Of a DNA stretch of 64,000 bases, positions 10,546 to 19,944 are shown in pieces. Each line of letters starts with the position of its first letter. The first letter of the stretch is position 1. Source of the DNA: Minisyncoccota bacterium (GTDB taxonomy: Bacteria; Patescibacteriota; Minisyncoccia; Phycocordibacterales; Phycocordibacteraceae); the NCBI GenBank assembly GCA_017991635.1, contig JAGOQE010000001.1:65008-129007 (forward strand), written 5' to 3'. The position numbers and the translations under genes were made by a program. The notes below the pieces were generated by a model. That model did not search any database. It saw nothing but the letters and a program-made list of their open reading frames with translations, and was not told the origin of the DNA.

Positions 10546-11388
10546 CTACCCCATGAGAGGCAGGCGAATGATACTAGTGATTCCGCCCTCTGCCTTTGCA
10601 AGGCGACGTTCCACCAAGTTTTCAAGCAATTCGTCACTCGCCTTCCGATGGTACTCAGACGCATGCAGAATCGTTGCCGAATCTGACATGATGCCCACGT
10701 GACCACGGAAGTTAATGATGTCTCCCCTCCTTGGTCGTTCGTCTTTCGAGACGGTGAACTCCGGAAAGGCTTGAGCAATTTGGTCACTATCGCGAGGGCA
10801 CCTGATTCCGCACACATCAAGCGCGTGCTGAACATAGGCCGAACAATCAACGCCGACCGTGGTGTCTCGACCCGCCCAATAGTAGGGCGTATCGAGGAGT
10901 GTCTCAGCGACCACAACGGGGTCATCTGCAAGCCGACTCAAACTCCACAGGCACTCTATGTGCACAAACCCAAGCAAAGGAATGCGCGCAAAGTCGCCCT
11001 GCACACCGTCAGACGACACAAGGGCATTAAAGCCAAGCTGAGTGACCATGCCCGACTTGATATCAGCGCGACGATAGACAATCGTACGCGGATTAATCAC
11101 TCGATGTGTGGGTGGGTATCCACGTGACGCAAGGGCGCGCATGTCGATATATCCCACATACCCGTCTCGCTCAGATTGAGCAAGGACCGTACCAGCCTGA
11201 ATCAGGCTTCCGAAGGTTTTGACGTTCTCTCCGTAGAGAAAGTACGTCTCGACCGGAGCGGAGCTTGCAGGGTCATGGAGAACCGGGACCGAAGCCCTGG
11301 TAATCACCTGTTCATCAAACACCTTGGGATCTGCGCCAAAGAGCGCAGGCGATAGACGCCTGTCGCGTGTTCGTTCCTTCAACATCAC
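10546..11388 (-). CDS. NlpC/P60 (C40) cell-wall peptidase with SH3b-like N-domain
   Basis: YYWAGRDTTVGVDCSAYVQHAL...RRGDIINFRGHVGIMSD matches the Cys/His catalytic core; visibly GC-rich versus flanks. Confidence 0.75.
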   Translation of the reverse strand: MMLKERTRDRRLSPALFGADPKVFDEQVITRASVPVLHDPASSAPVETYFLYGENVKTFGSLIQAGTVLAQSERDGYVGYIDMRALASRGYPPTHRVINPRTIVYRRADIKSGMVTQLGFNALVSSDGVQGDFARIPLLGFVHIECLWSLSRLADDPVVVAETLLDTPYYWAGRDTTVGVDCSAYVQHALDVCGIRCPRDSDQIAQAFPEFTVSKDERPRRGDIINFRGHVGIMSDSATILHASEYHRKASDELLENLVERRLAKAEGGITSIIRLPLMG

Positions 11389-11600
11389 TTACCTCCTTCA
11401 GGAGTTTCAAAGATTCGCTTGAGAGCAACGGCAATGACAGTAAGACCAAGCAGGGCTTCGCCGGCCGAAACAGCCACACTTCCGGGCATGGTCTTGTCGG
11501 TGACGACCGTCGAGGTAAACCTCAGATAACCGTCAAAGACGACGTAACCCCCGACCAGCATAGCGAAACCGTGGTAGAGATAGTGCGAAAGCTTTTTCAT
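11385..11600 (-). CDS. small membrane protein (71 aa), overlaps NlpC/P60 start
   Basis: Two predicted TM helices; 4-nt ATGA-type overlap with the downstream gene. Confidence 0.4.
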   Translation of the reverse strand: MKKLSHYLYHGFAMLVGGYVVFDGYLRFTSTVVTDKTMPGSVAVSAGEALLGLTVIAVALKRIFETPEGGK

Positions 11601-11661
11601 GAGACGTTCTCCGTAAACAACAGTCTAATTCGTACCTTACGCTTTTTTTATTTCACGTCAA

Positions 11662-11694
11662 AGAAAAACCGCCCAGAAGGGCGGTTTTTCTTTG
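11662..11694. terminator. rho-independent terminator after rpsG
   Basis: aagaaaaaccgcccagaagggcggtttttcttt. Confidence 0.7.
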
Positions 11695-11796
11695 ATTCAG
11701 TTGTAACGAGGACTACTACCAAGTGAGTGAGGAAAGAAGAAATTCTGATTTCTTAATTTCCGAGCGAACGCAGGGAGAAAGATTTGTAAACAAATC

Positions 11797-12261
11797 TTAC
11801 CAAGCGAAGTGAGCAAAAGCCTTGTTGCTTTCTGCCATGCGGTGCATGTCGTCCTTCTTCTTGATTGCAACTCCTTCGTTCTTCACCGCAAGGAGAATCT
11901 CAGCAGCAAGCTTGTCGGCCATAGGCTTTCCCTTACCTGAACGTGCAGCGTTGATAATCCAACGGTACGCGAGAGAAACACGGCGCTGTTGAGGAACTTC
12001 ACGAGGCACCTGGTAGTTTGCACCACCGACACGACGTGAACGAACTTCCATGAGAGGAGCAACGTTTCGAATTGCAGTATCAAAGGTCTCAAGTGGGTCC
12101 ATTCCCTCAGCCTTAATCTTCTCAAGAGCTGCGTACACTACCTTGCGAGCAGTGTCCTTCTTTCCATCCCACATAACCGTGTTGATGAATCGAGAAATAG
12201 CGTCTGAATTGTATACAGAGTCAGGACGGCGAACGGGCTTATTTTTGATTGGTCGGCGCAT
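11797..12261 (-). CDS. rpsG: 30S ribosomal protein S7
   Basis: 154 aa; typical S7 including NVAPLMEVRSRRVGGANYQVP. Confidence 0.95.
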   Translation of the reverse strand: MRRPIKNKPVRRPDSVYNSDAISRFINTVMWDGKKDTARKVVYAALEKIKAEGMDPLETFDTAIRNVAPLMEVRSRRVGGANYQVPREVPQQRRVSLAYRWIINAARSGKGKPMADKLAAEILLAVKNEGVAIKKKDDMHRMAESNKAFAHFAW

Positions 12262-12276
12262 AGTAGATTAATGAAA

Positions 12277-12687
12277 TTATGCCTTAGGCTTCTTAGCTCC
12301 GTAGCGAGAACGTCCACGACGACGCTTGTCGAGTCCTGCAGTATCGAGCTTACCGCGCACGATAGTGTACTGCACACCGATGTCCTTCACGCGACCACCG
12401 CGTAGAAGTACCACTGAGTGCTCCTGGAGGTTGTGTCCTTCACCTGGGATGTAGGCAGTAACTTCCATACCGTTAGTAAGGCGAACACGGGCAATCTTAC
12501 GGATAGCTGAGTTAGGCTTGCGGGGAGTCTTGGTAGTTACCTTTACACAAACACCGCGCTTGAATGGAGATGGGTAGAACTCGGGGCGGTTCTTAAGCGT
12601 ATTGAATCCACGAGAAAGAGCCACCACTTTTGATTTGCGGGTCTTGTTCTTTCGTGACGTCTTGGTCAATTGGCTGATTGTTGGCAT
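12277..12687 (-). CDS. rpsL: 30S ribosomal protein S12
   Basis: 136 aa; [15 protein letters not shown]...[16 protein letters not shown]; Arg at the K43-equivalent position and loss of the P91-equivalent residue. Confidence 0.95.
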   Translation of the reverse strand: MPTISQLTKTSRKNKTRKSKVVALSRGFNTLKNRPEFYPSPFKRGVCVKVTTKTPRKPNSAIRKIARVRLTNGMEVTAYIPGEGHNLQEHSVVLLRGGRVKDIGVQYTIVRGKLDTAGLDKRRRGRSRYGAKKPKA

Positions 12688-12722
12688 TTGAAATGAAAAC
12701 TCCCCCGAGGGAAGCTCCGTGA

Positions 12723-12751
12723 ACTATATAGAATGTAGTCAAAAAATGCAA
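12723..12751 (-). promoter_or_regulatory. putative sigma70-type promoter of the str operon
   Basis: Minus strand TTGCAT-17 nt-TATAGT about 35 nt upstream of the rpsL ATG. Confidence 0.35.
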
Positions 12752-12767
12752 CTACCGGTGTCTCCTA

Positions 12768-15700
12768 TTAGCTCTGAACGAAGGTGTTTCGTGGGTCCAC
12801 CTTACCATTTTTGAAGCCTATCACCATTTCGAGCTTCTGATTTCTACGCTTCTTTTGAAGTGCCACAAAGGCATATTTCTGGAAATCCTTGTTTTCACAG
12901 GCTGATTTGATGGTTTGGTACGCCTCCCCAGAGACCTCTTCCTGACCTCCAGTTAGGGTAATGCCAAGCATTTGGTCAGGATTGCTCGTTAGTTCAAAAG
13001 AGAGCTCACCCGTAAATGGGCGCCCGTTTCTTCCGAAGACCTCTATTTTATTACCCACTTCATAGGCCAAAAGAGGTGAAAGAAGGCGAATTTCGTTTGT
13101 AATGTTGTTTGGAATGGCTATATTCTCAGGATTTACGGTTCTCGTAAGCCACTTTGTCTCACCCTCCTTAATACCTTCACCAAGACCAACCGTTAGTGGC
13201 ACCTCCCTTCGAGCAGTCATTTCCCCCTCTGGAAGAAGTACTTCCTTTGAGTTGAGCCAGATGTTCACCGCTGCCTGAGTGTCCGGAGCTCTAAAACCAA
13301 TAGCAACAGCGTTTTCCGCTCCGTTTCGAAGCAAGGCATCACGAGGTTCTTTAGGAAGTTGGGAGAGTTTTGCAAGCTGATCGAACTGAGGACGAGACGC
13401 CGTTCCTAGTATGAGGACATTAGGGTCAGTGGAGAGCGTATCAGCAACAGGCACAGCTTTGTTCGTTGGAAGATTGAGTGGCGTTCGTAGCGTTGGTGCA
13501 GTTTCTGCCTTCTTCATGGCATACGCATCAAGAATTGTATCGAGTTCTGAGCGGAACCCAGTCGCCGCGATAACACTGTTTGCGAGAATTGGTTTTCCTT
13601 CCCTATCCCTTATAGGTTGCCCAGCGGTATCAAGAACAACAAGCTGACGGTCCTCAGGTGCCGACTCTAACGTTGCATACCCGACATCAGCCACACGACC
13701 AGGGATTTGTTCAATCAAGTTTCCGCGACCGTTTCGTGGACGAAGGTCGTTAATTTGTGCGTAGCGAGGACGAGCAGAAAGTTCACCCTCAGCAATGACA
13801 TAGATTTTTGTAACATCACGCACGCGTGGGTTGTCTCCTTGAAACACGCTTCCAATGTATTCAATCAGAGTGTCAGCAGAGTTTCCCTTTCCGTAAATTA
13901 CGAGTGTCTCTCCAGGTGAAAGATCTTCGCCACTTCTGTTTGCGAGCGCTTCAAACGCTTCAAGCGTCTGACTAATCTTTGGAAAGCCCTCTGAATCTTT
14001 TGTGTCGCGAATAATTTGTTCTGCTTTAGAGCCTTCAAGTTTGAAACCAAAGCCTGGCTCACCAAGTCCAGTGGACGCGAAGATTGCATCAGTTTTTATT
14101 TTCAGTTGATACCCCTCTTTTCCACCCACCTGAAGTGTTACGATTTTGTCTCCTGCATCTTCTTCGTTTGGATTCGGGTCAACAGAAACAACACGCGTCT
14201 CTAGAGCCAGATTTTTTACAAGCATTGCAGTTTGTAGTGAAAGTACTGATTGCAATTCTTCATTTGTTGGATACCGCGCACTAGAAAGATCATCAGGTGT
14301 TGGCAGATAATCTACGGTCGTATTGATACTTCCCTGACGAATGTCGCCGTTATCTTTTCGCTCTCCCGGGTACCAGCGAAGCGGACTACCGTATGCACGT
14401 ACCGTTTTAATTTCATCTCCATTGGGTTGGTCGGGAAGAGTGGGTGCTCCGTTTCCGCGCTTGTTTGCACTATTCAATTCCCACGCAGCGCCTTTTGGAA
14501 TTGCGAATGGTCCACCAGGTTGTTCACCTGCGTCAACTACAAGAGCATTCTCTGCAAGCGCCGGATTATTTCGCACAAGTTCACCAAAGGCAGCGATGCC
14601 GTTTGGTCCAGTACCAATTTGAAGAAGGGGGATGTAGTCGCCGTCACGAAGATTCGCAAGGGTGTTTTCTGAAAGTGTATCAAAGTGATGACGGAGAAAT
14701 TCATTCGTTGTTCCTGGGTCAGCAGTAATTGCCGCAATAAGGTATGGATTAAAGACTGAGAGAAGTTCAACGGACTCCAAGTACGCGCGTTCGGTATCAG
14801 TGAGTGGACGCTGTTCTTCAAATGCACTCACGCGCTGTTCAAATTTTCTTCGAGGACTCACCACCTCTCCATTCATCTTTGTTGGCCTATCAAGTACAGA
14901 TGCGACATCGTCTGCAGTAGTACCATCAGCACGAAGTGATTCCACAAGCGGAAATACCGTTTCAATAAATCGCTCGCGCATATAATTAAATGCTCGTTTA
15001 TTCCTTCCTAACTCAGGACACGCGAAACGCTCTTTGAGTCCTTGAATTTCTCGCTCACGAATCTCTCCTGCAAAACGCTCATCAAATATTTCAGGACGAT
15101 TACCCGCCACATAACTTCGGTACAGAGTGAAGAGTTCTCGTCGTATCGCTTGGTCCTCTGCAGTCTCTCCTGGGAAATTATCAATCTCCGCGAGTATTGT
15201 GTCGGGTGAGCCAGTTGCGAAACTTTCTCGGAGTACAGTCGCACGTTCAATACGTCTGAAATTTTGAATGTCTTGGATATCTTGTGATACGCGCTCACGA
15301 ATTTCATTCACCGCATTCACATAATCAAACTCTCCAAACGAAGGACGAAGTGGAATAGTATCTAAATAAAGACGCAGGTCATCTTCAGTTGCGTCGAGCT
15401 TCACCAAATCTTGTGCACCCTTACTAAAGTCAGCGAGCTCGGCCTTGTATGCAGTGTTCACCAAGACAGCGCCGGCCTGTCTGTCCTTATCATCTCCCGA
15501 GCGAAGAAGCTCGCCAGCACTTGCAAGGACTGCTTCAATATTTCTGCTTTGTGGCGGGAGACTCTTTACTGCCTCTCGCACAATATTTTCACGGCGTTTT
15601 GCGCGAAGCACATCTTGAAGTTCACCAACAACTTCAAGACCTTCAAGATTTCCTTGCTCGAATGTAGCGAGAAGTGGTGCAAGCTCTTCAGGTTTTCTGC

Positions 15701-16820
15701 CTTCTGCAAGTCCTCCGTATATCTCCTTTCGCAAGTTTGCGCTTCGCTTTTCTGCATCAAGTTCTTTCAGGAGAGAGACAACTTCTGTTCGCAGTTCTTC
15801 TGAAGAAGACATCGCCATCACTGCTTCCATGCGCTCAACCATCCCCGAATTTTGGGTGAGCGCTCCCCTGATACTTGTTTTAACTTCGTCTGGAACCTTA
15901 GGATTATCCAGTATCTTTGTGATTCTTTTGATTATTGTCCCTTGCGCTGATGAGAGAGTTCCTCCTTCTGTAACTCTTTTGGTTAGTATTTCTTGTCGTA
16001 ACCCAAATTTTATAGCGTAACCATTTAATCTGTAGATACCACTGCTTTCGTCAATGGTTAAGTTCGGATTTGTGAATGCATTCACAACTCTCTCATCCAA
16101 ATCTCCAGAAAGAATGCCTTTTGTAACGAAATTAATTCCTGCAATTTGTGACTCCGCATTCGCTTTGCCACCTTCCAATAGTGCCTTGGACTTTGCAATC
16201 TCACGAAGCAGTAAAGATTGCTCCTTCGTTATGACCCCACCGCCGGTCACTCTTGTAGTTAGAACCTCCTCGCGTGGTCCATATTTGATGGCGTAGCCAT
16301 TCAACCTATAGATGCCATTATCCCCTTCTGTAGTTATGTTTGGGTTAGCAAGTGCGTTGATTACTTTTTCATCAAAATCTCCAGTAACGGCTTTATTAAA
16401 AACGCTCTGAAAGCCAACAGTTTCATTGTCTGAACTACTCTTCTTTAGATTCTCTCTTGTGGCGTCAACAGAGAGGCGGGCAAGTATCCTTGCGTTCTCT
16501 TTCGTGAGAACACCTCCGCCGGTCACTCTTGTAGTTAGAACCTCCTCGCGTGGTCCATATTTGATGGCGTAGCCATTCAACCTATAGATGCCATTGCCTT
16601 CATCTATTTTCAGATTTGGATTTGCGAGTGCATTGATTACTCGTTCTTCTAAAATACCCGTTGACGCTTTCCCAAAAACGAATTTAAACCCATTCACCTC
16701 AGCGCGGTCTTGCTCCACGCTTTTGAGCGGACTCTCCACCGCGCCTTCGGCGCGGTCATTCACTCCCTCTTTAGGCGCCTTCGGGCGAAATGCTCGCTCC
16801 ATATATATGCAGTATCGCAC
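12768..16820 (-). CDS. giant protein (1350 aa): N-terminal tandem repeats plus embedded two-dinucleotide-binding flavoprotein-like core
   Basis: Three ~92-aa repeats (GIYRLNGYAIKYGPREEVLTTRVTGGG); later LLQIGTGPNGIAAF (GxGxxG), LVIYGKGNSADTLIEY (GxGxxA), VIAATGF (ATG motif), as in N-hydroxylating monooxygenase or pyridine-nucleotide-disulfide oxidoreductase folds. Confidence 0.7.
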   Translation of the reverse strand: MRYCIYMERAFRPKAPKEGVNDRAEGAVESPLKSVEQDRAEVNGFKFVFGKASTGILEERVINALANPNLKIDEGNGIYRLNGYAIKYGPREEVLTTRVTGGGVLTKENARILARLSVDATRENLKKSSSDNETVGFQSVFNKAVTGDFDEKVINALANPNITTEGDNGIYRLNGYAIKYGPREEVLTTRVTGGGVITKEQSLLLREIAKSKALLEGGKANAESQIAGINFVTKGILSGDLDERVVNAFTNPNLTIDESSGIYRLNGYAIKFGLRQEILTKRVTEGGTLSSAQGTIIKRITKILDNPKVPDEVKTSIRGALTQNSGMVERMEAVMAMSSSEELRTEVVSLLKELDAEKRSANLRKEIYGGLAEGRKPEELAPLLATFEQGNLEGLEVVGELQDVLRAKRRENIVREAVKSLPPQSRNIEAVLASAGELLRSGDDKDRQAGAVLVNTAYKAELADFSKGAQDLVKLDATEDDLRLYLDTIPLRPSFGEFDYVNAVNEIRERVSQDIQDIQNFRRIERATVLRESFATGSPDTILAEIDNFPGETAEDQAIRRELFTLYRSYVAGNRPEIFDERFAGEIREREIQGLKERFACPELGRNKRAFNYMRERFIETVFPLVESLRADGTTADDVASVLDRPTKMNGEVVSPRRKFEQRVSAFEEQRPLTDTERAYLESVELLSVFNPYLIAAITADPGTTNEFLRHHFDTLSENTLANLRDGDYIPLLQIGTGPNGIAAFGELVRNNPALAENALVVDAGEQPGGPFAIPKGAAWELNSANKRGNGAPTLPDQPNGDEIKTVRAYGSPLRWYPGERKDNGDIRQGSINTTVDYLPTPDDLSSARYPTNEELQSVLSLQTAMLVKNLALETRVVSVDPNPNEEDAGDKIVTLQVGGKEGYQLKIKTDAIFASTGLGEPGFGFKLEGSKAEQIIRDTKDSEGFPKISQTLEAFEALANRSGEDLSPGETLVIYGKGNSADTLIEYIGSVFQGDNPRVRDVTKIYVIAEGELSARPRYAQINDLRPRNGRGNLIEQIPGRVADVGYATLESAPEDRQLVVLDTAGQPIRDREGKPILANSVIAATGFRSELDTILDAYAMKKAETAPTLRTPLNLPTNKAVPVADTLSTDPNVLILGTASRPQFDQLAKLSQLPKEPRDALLRNGAENAVAIGFRAPDTQAAVNIWLNSKEVLLPEGEMTARREVPLTVGLGEGIKEGETKWLTRTVNPENIAIPNNITNEIRLLSPLLAYEVGNKIEVFGRNGRPFTGELSFELTSNPDQMLGITLTGGQEEVSGEAYQTIKSACENKDFQKYAFVALQKKRRNQKLEMVIGFKNGKVDPRNTFVQS
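15940..16770 (-). repeat. in-frame tandem repeats (~276-bp unit, 3 copies) in the 5' part of the giant gene
   Basis: 83-bp stretches at 16240-16322 and 16516-16598 are identical, offset 276 bp; a third copy near 15960-16040 is diverged. Confidence 0.65.
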
Positions 16821-16883
16821 GCACTGTCGCTAAAACTGCACTTATTTGCGTTTTGAGTTGGGGAATTGTGCTACGATTTTTCT

Positions 16884-19800
16884 ATGTCGAGGGTGGTGTG
16901 GCAATTCTCCGCACTTCTCATCTTGCTTACTGCAGGACTTCCTTTCTTGGTGCTTGCTGATGAAGTTGCAGAGCCGTCTGAACCAGAGATCCTTCCTGTT
17001 GAAACTCCCGCCCCAGAGGAAGTGATAGTGGAGACGACACCTGAGCAGACTGAAGCCACGACAACTATTGAAACTGTTCTTATACCTGAGGAAGAGACTG
17101 GGACGAGTACTGAGGAAACCTTGTTTAAGACTGCAGACATAGAATCTACCGAAGTTTCTATGACGACGGGCGTTGAGGCGCCAGAAACAATTAATGGAGG
17201 TGAGACTGTTACATGGATCAAGGCTGGTGGACCATATCTGGTAACCAATACTTATATATATGGTGGTGGCACACTTATTATTGAGCCAGGAACGGTAGTT
17301 AAAATCAGAAAAGATGGAGATATAGGTGTTGCGGGCACGCTTCAAGTCGGTGCGAGTGGTAGCGAAGATGTAATCTTTACCTCAATTGCAGATGATTCGT
17401 ATGGCGGTGACTCTGATGGCGTTGTTGCAAATCCTGAGGATTATCGATGGATGCGTATTAATTTCAGCTGGAATGGTGGGTCCGGAACTTTTAATAATGC
17501 ACGCTTCCGACACGGCGGGAGTGAAGCGACAGTAGTCGCCTGTGCCGGAACGGTTTCGATTTCTAATACTGTGTTCGAAGCAATTTCTGGTGATCAACTG
17601 CGACTCTGCAACGGGAACGACATCACTGTTGACCATGCGGACTTTCAAGGACAACGAACCATTGCCTATTTCTCAGGTGGCTCACTCAACGTTACGAACT
17701 CGGCCTTTAGGAACGTTTCTTACACGCCATTTGAATTCTTTGGTCCTCACCCATGGACCATTTCAGCACTAAATAATTGGTGGAACGACGCAAGCGGTCC
17801 TTCATATTCCCTAAATCAAACAGGTCTGGGTCATGTAGTGCCTGACAGCGCAGATGTTGTGCCGTGGCTTACAGAGGACCCTTTCCTTACACCTCCTCCA
17901 GTAGAGACAGGTCCGTCAAACGTATTGTTCTTGCCTGGAATTAAAGGAAGCTATCTCTATAAGGAGCGTGAGGATTGTGTACTGTTTTCGCTTGAGTGCG
18001 AAGATACACTTTGGCTTCCCTCTCTCTTTGAGCAAGTGACGGAACTTTTCTTAGATAGTGACGGAAAAAGTATTAATGAAGTGTATGTAAAGAAAGGCTC
18101 TGACGGTGTATTGGAAAGTGCGTTTGGAATGAAATTCTATGCCTCGTTTGTGGAAGATATGGACGCTCTTGTTACAGATAGCACGATCAACGACTGGGAA
18201 GCAGTACCCTATGATTGGCGCCTCTCACTCCCCGACCTACTTTCTAATGGCGTTGAGGACAATGGTCGTATTTTCTACGGACAGGCCAGTTCAACACCAT
18301 ATATTGAACAGACACTCCGCGAACTAGCCCGCACGTCTAAATCAGGCAAGGTAACTATAGTTGCCCACTCAAATGGTGGACTAGTTGCAAAAGCCTTAAT
18401 GCAAAAACTCGGTGAAACTGAGACAGTCAAACTTGTTGATGATGTTATTTTCGTAGGTGTCCCGCAACTCGGAGCACCTCAAGCGCTTGGTGCGCTTTTG
18501 TACGGAGACCGCGAAGCTCTTCCGACAAAGTTTACGGGTGGACTATTAGTGGACCAGAAAAAAGCGAGGCAACTCGCTGAGAATACACCAATGGCGTATC
18601 ACCTTCTTCCCTCTCAAACCTATTTTGAAACAACACAAGACGGCGCTCATCCTGTAGGAAAGTTTGCCAATGAAGAAATGTACGCGAGTGAAATATCCGC
18701 GCATGGAAAGCTGATTGGAAACTCTGATGAGCTTTATAACTTTCTTCTCGCGAAAGATGGTGGAAGAACGAAGCCTCCGCCTGAAGAGATTGATATTGCG
18801 AATATTCTCAATTCAACGCTCATCACATACGCAAAAGACACTCATGAAACATTAGACAGCTGGGTCCCGCCTTCTGGTGTGACTCTCTACCAGTTTGCAG
18901 GCTGGGGCGCGGACACCGTCGCCGGTGTTGAATTTAATGGCTGGTGCAACCAGCTTGTTGGATGCACGCAAACATACAAACCTATTCTGGTTGAAGATGG
19001 CGACAAGGTGGTCCCTGCTCCAAGCGCTCTCCACACATCAAGTGATGAAGCTACAGTGAACAGATACTGGATTGATTTAAGCATCCTCCCCGGCCCATTT
19101 AAACCAAATCATGGAAATTTATTTGAAATTACTGAGGTAAAAAACGCACTAGTCAGCATTATAGGTGGAACCGAAATACGAACAGGTACGATATTGAACT
19201 CAACTCAGCCCGCCAGTCGCTCAGCTGAAAAGAAGTTACGTTTCTACTTGCACTCACCACTTACACTTGGAGTCTATGATGAGAACGAAAACTACACAGG
19301 GCAAAATGAAGACGGCTCTGTTTCATTTGAGGTTGATGGAGTGGATTACGGAACATTCGGTGAAACTCAGTATCTTACGGTCTCTGGTGATGAAAACTAT
19401 ACACTGGCTCTCGACGGACTTGATGACGGGACATTCACTCTCGAGATAGAGGATATCGTTGGTGAAGAAGTTACCGCATCAACGACCTTCGTGGGTATTC
19501 CAACAACTGCTGACACACAAGTCACTATGCAGATATCCAACAGAGAGTACACGGAAACGACACTGAATATTGATGAGGACGGGGACGGGACTCAAGACAC
19601 GCAGATTCCCGTAAGCGCCGGTGATGTCTACTTCTACGAAGTACCCCAAACAATTGAAAACTTTGGTGGTGGCGGACGCTCAAACAATGAAGGAACAGGC
19701 ATTGTGTTTGGGACTTCCACTGAGGCTGTTCCTGAGGCAATTATTTCACCCCCTCTAGTCACTAAAGCAACTTCGGTACTCACCGAACCGGTAACTCTCT

Positions 19801-19943
19801 ACTCAGGCACTGAAGTCACCGCACATCCTGAAGTATCCGAGCAGTCTCAACAGCTAGAGAAAGACCCTCTGTTGACTCTCATATACAATTTACTAAGTAA
19901 CTTTCTGAATTTTTTCCTAGAACTCTTTGGAATCAAAACTTAA
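16884..19943 (+). CDS. secreted protein with right-handed beta-helix domain and GxSxG lipase/alpha-beta-hydrolase domain
   Basis: Signal peptide; NGGSGTFNNARFRHGGSEATVVACAGTVSISNTVF beta-helix-like repeats; VLFLPGIKGS and TIVAHSNGGLVA (GxSxG); second Met at 16884 preferred over the ORF start at 16866. Confidence 0.6.
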   Translation: MSRVVWQFSALLILLTAGLPFLVLADEVAEPSEPEILPVETPAPEEVIVETTPEQTEATTTIETVLIPEEETGTSTEETLFKTADIESTEVSMTTGVEAPETINGGETVTWIKAGGPYLVTNTYIYGGGTLIIEPGTVVKIRKDGDIGVAGTLQVGASGSEDVIFTSIADDSYGGDSDGVVANPEDYRWMRINFSWNGGSGTFNNARFRHGGSEATVVACAGTVSISNTVFEAISGDQLRLCNGNDITVDHADFQGQRTIAYFSGGSLNVTNSAFRNVSYTPFEFFGPHPWTISALNNWWNDASGPSYSLNQTGLGHVVPDSADVVPWLTEDPFLTPPPVETGPSNVLFLPGIKGSYLYKEREDCVLFSLECEDTLWLPSLFEQVTELFLDSDGKSINEVYVKKGSDGVLESAFGMKFYASFVEDMDALVTDSTINDWEAVPYDWRLSLPDLLSNGVEDNGRIFYGQASSTPYIEQTLRELARTSKSGKVTIVAHSNGGLVAKALMQKLGETETVKLVDDVIFVGVPQLGAPQALGALLYGDREALPTKFTGGLLVDQKKARQLAENTPMAYHLLPSQTYFETTQDGAHPVGKFANEEMYASEISAHGKLIGNSDELYNFLLAKDGGRTKPPPEEIDIANILNSTLITYAKDTHETLDSWVPPSGVTLYQFAGWGADTVAGVEFNGWCNQLVGCTQTYKPILVEDGDKVVPAPSALHTSSDEATVNRYWIDLSILPGPFKPNHGNLFEITEVKNALVSIIGGTEIRTGTILNSTQPASRSAEKKLRFYLHSPLTLGVYDENENYTGQNEDGSVSFEVDGVDYGTFGETQYLTVSGDENYTLALDGLDDGTFTLEIEDIVGEEVTASTTFVGIPTTADTQVTMQISNREYTETTLNIDEDGDGTQDTQIPVSAGDVYFYEVPQTIENFGGGGRSNNEGTGIVFGTSTEAVPEAIISPPLVTKATSVLTEPVTLYSGTEVTAHPEVSEQSQQLEKDPLLTLIYNLLSNFLNFFLELFGIKT

Positions 19944-19944
19944 T

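Noticed and set aside
15940-16770. Diversity-generating retroelement (template/variable repeat pair)
   Set aside because: Both repeats are in-frame inside the same gene, the mismatches outside the identical core are not adenine-specific, and no reverse transcriptase is nearby.
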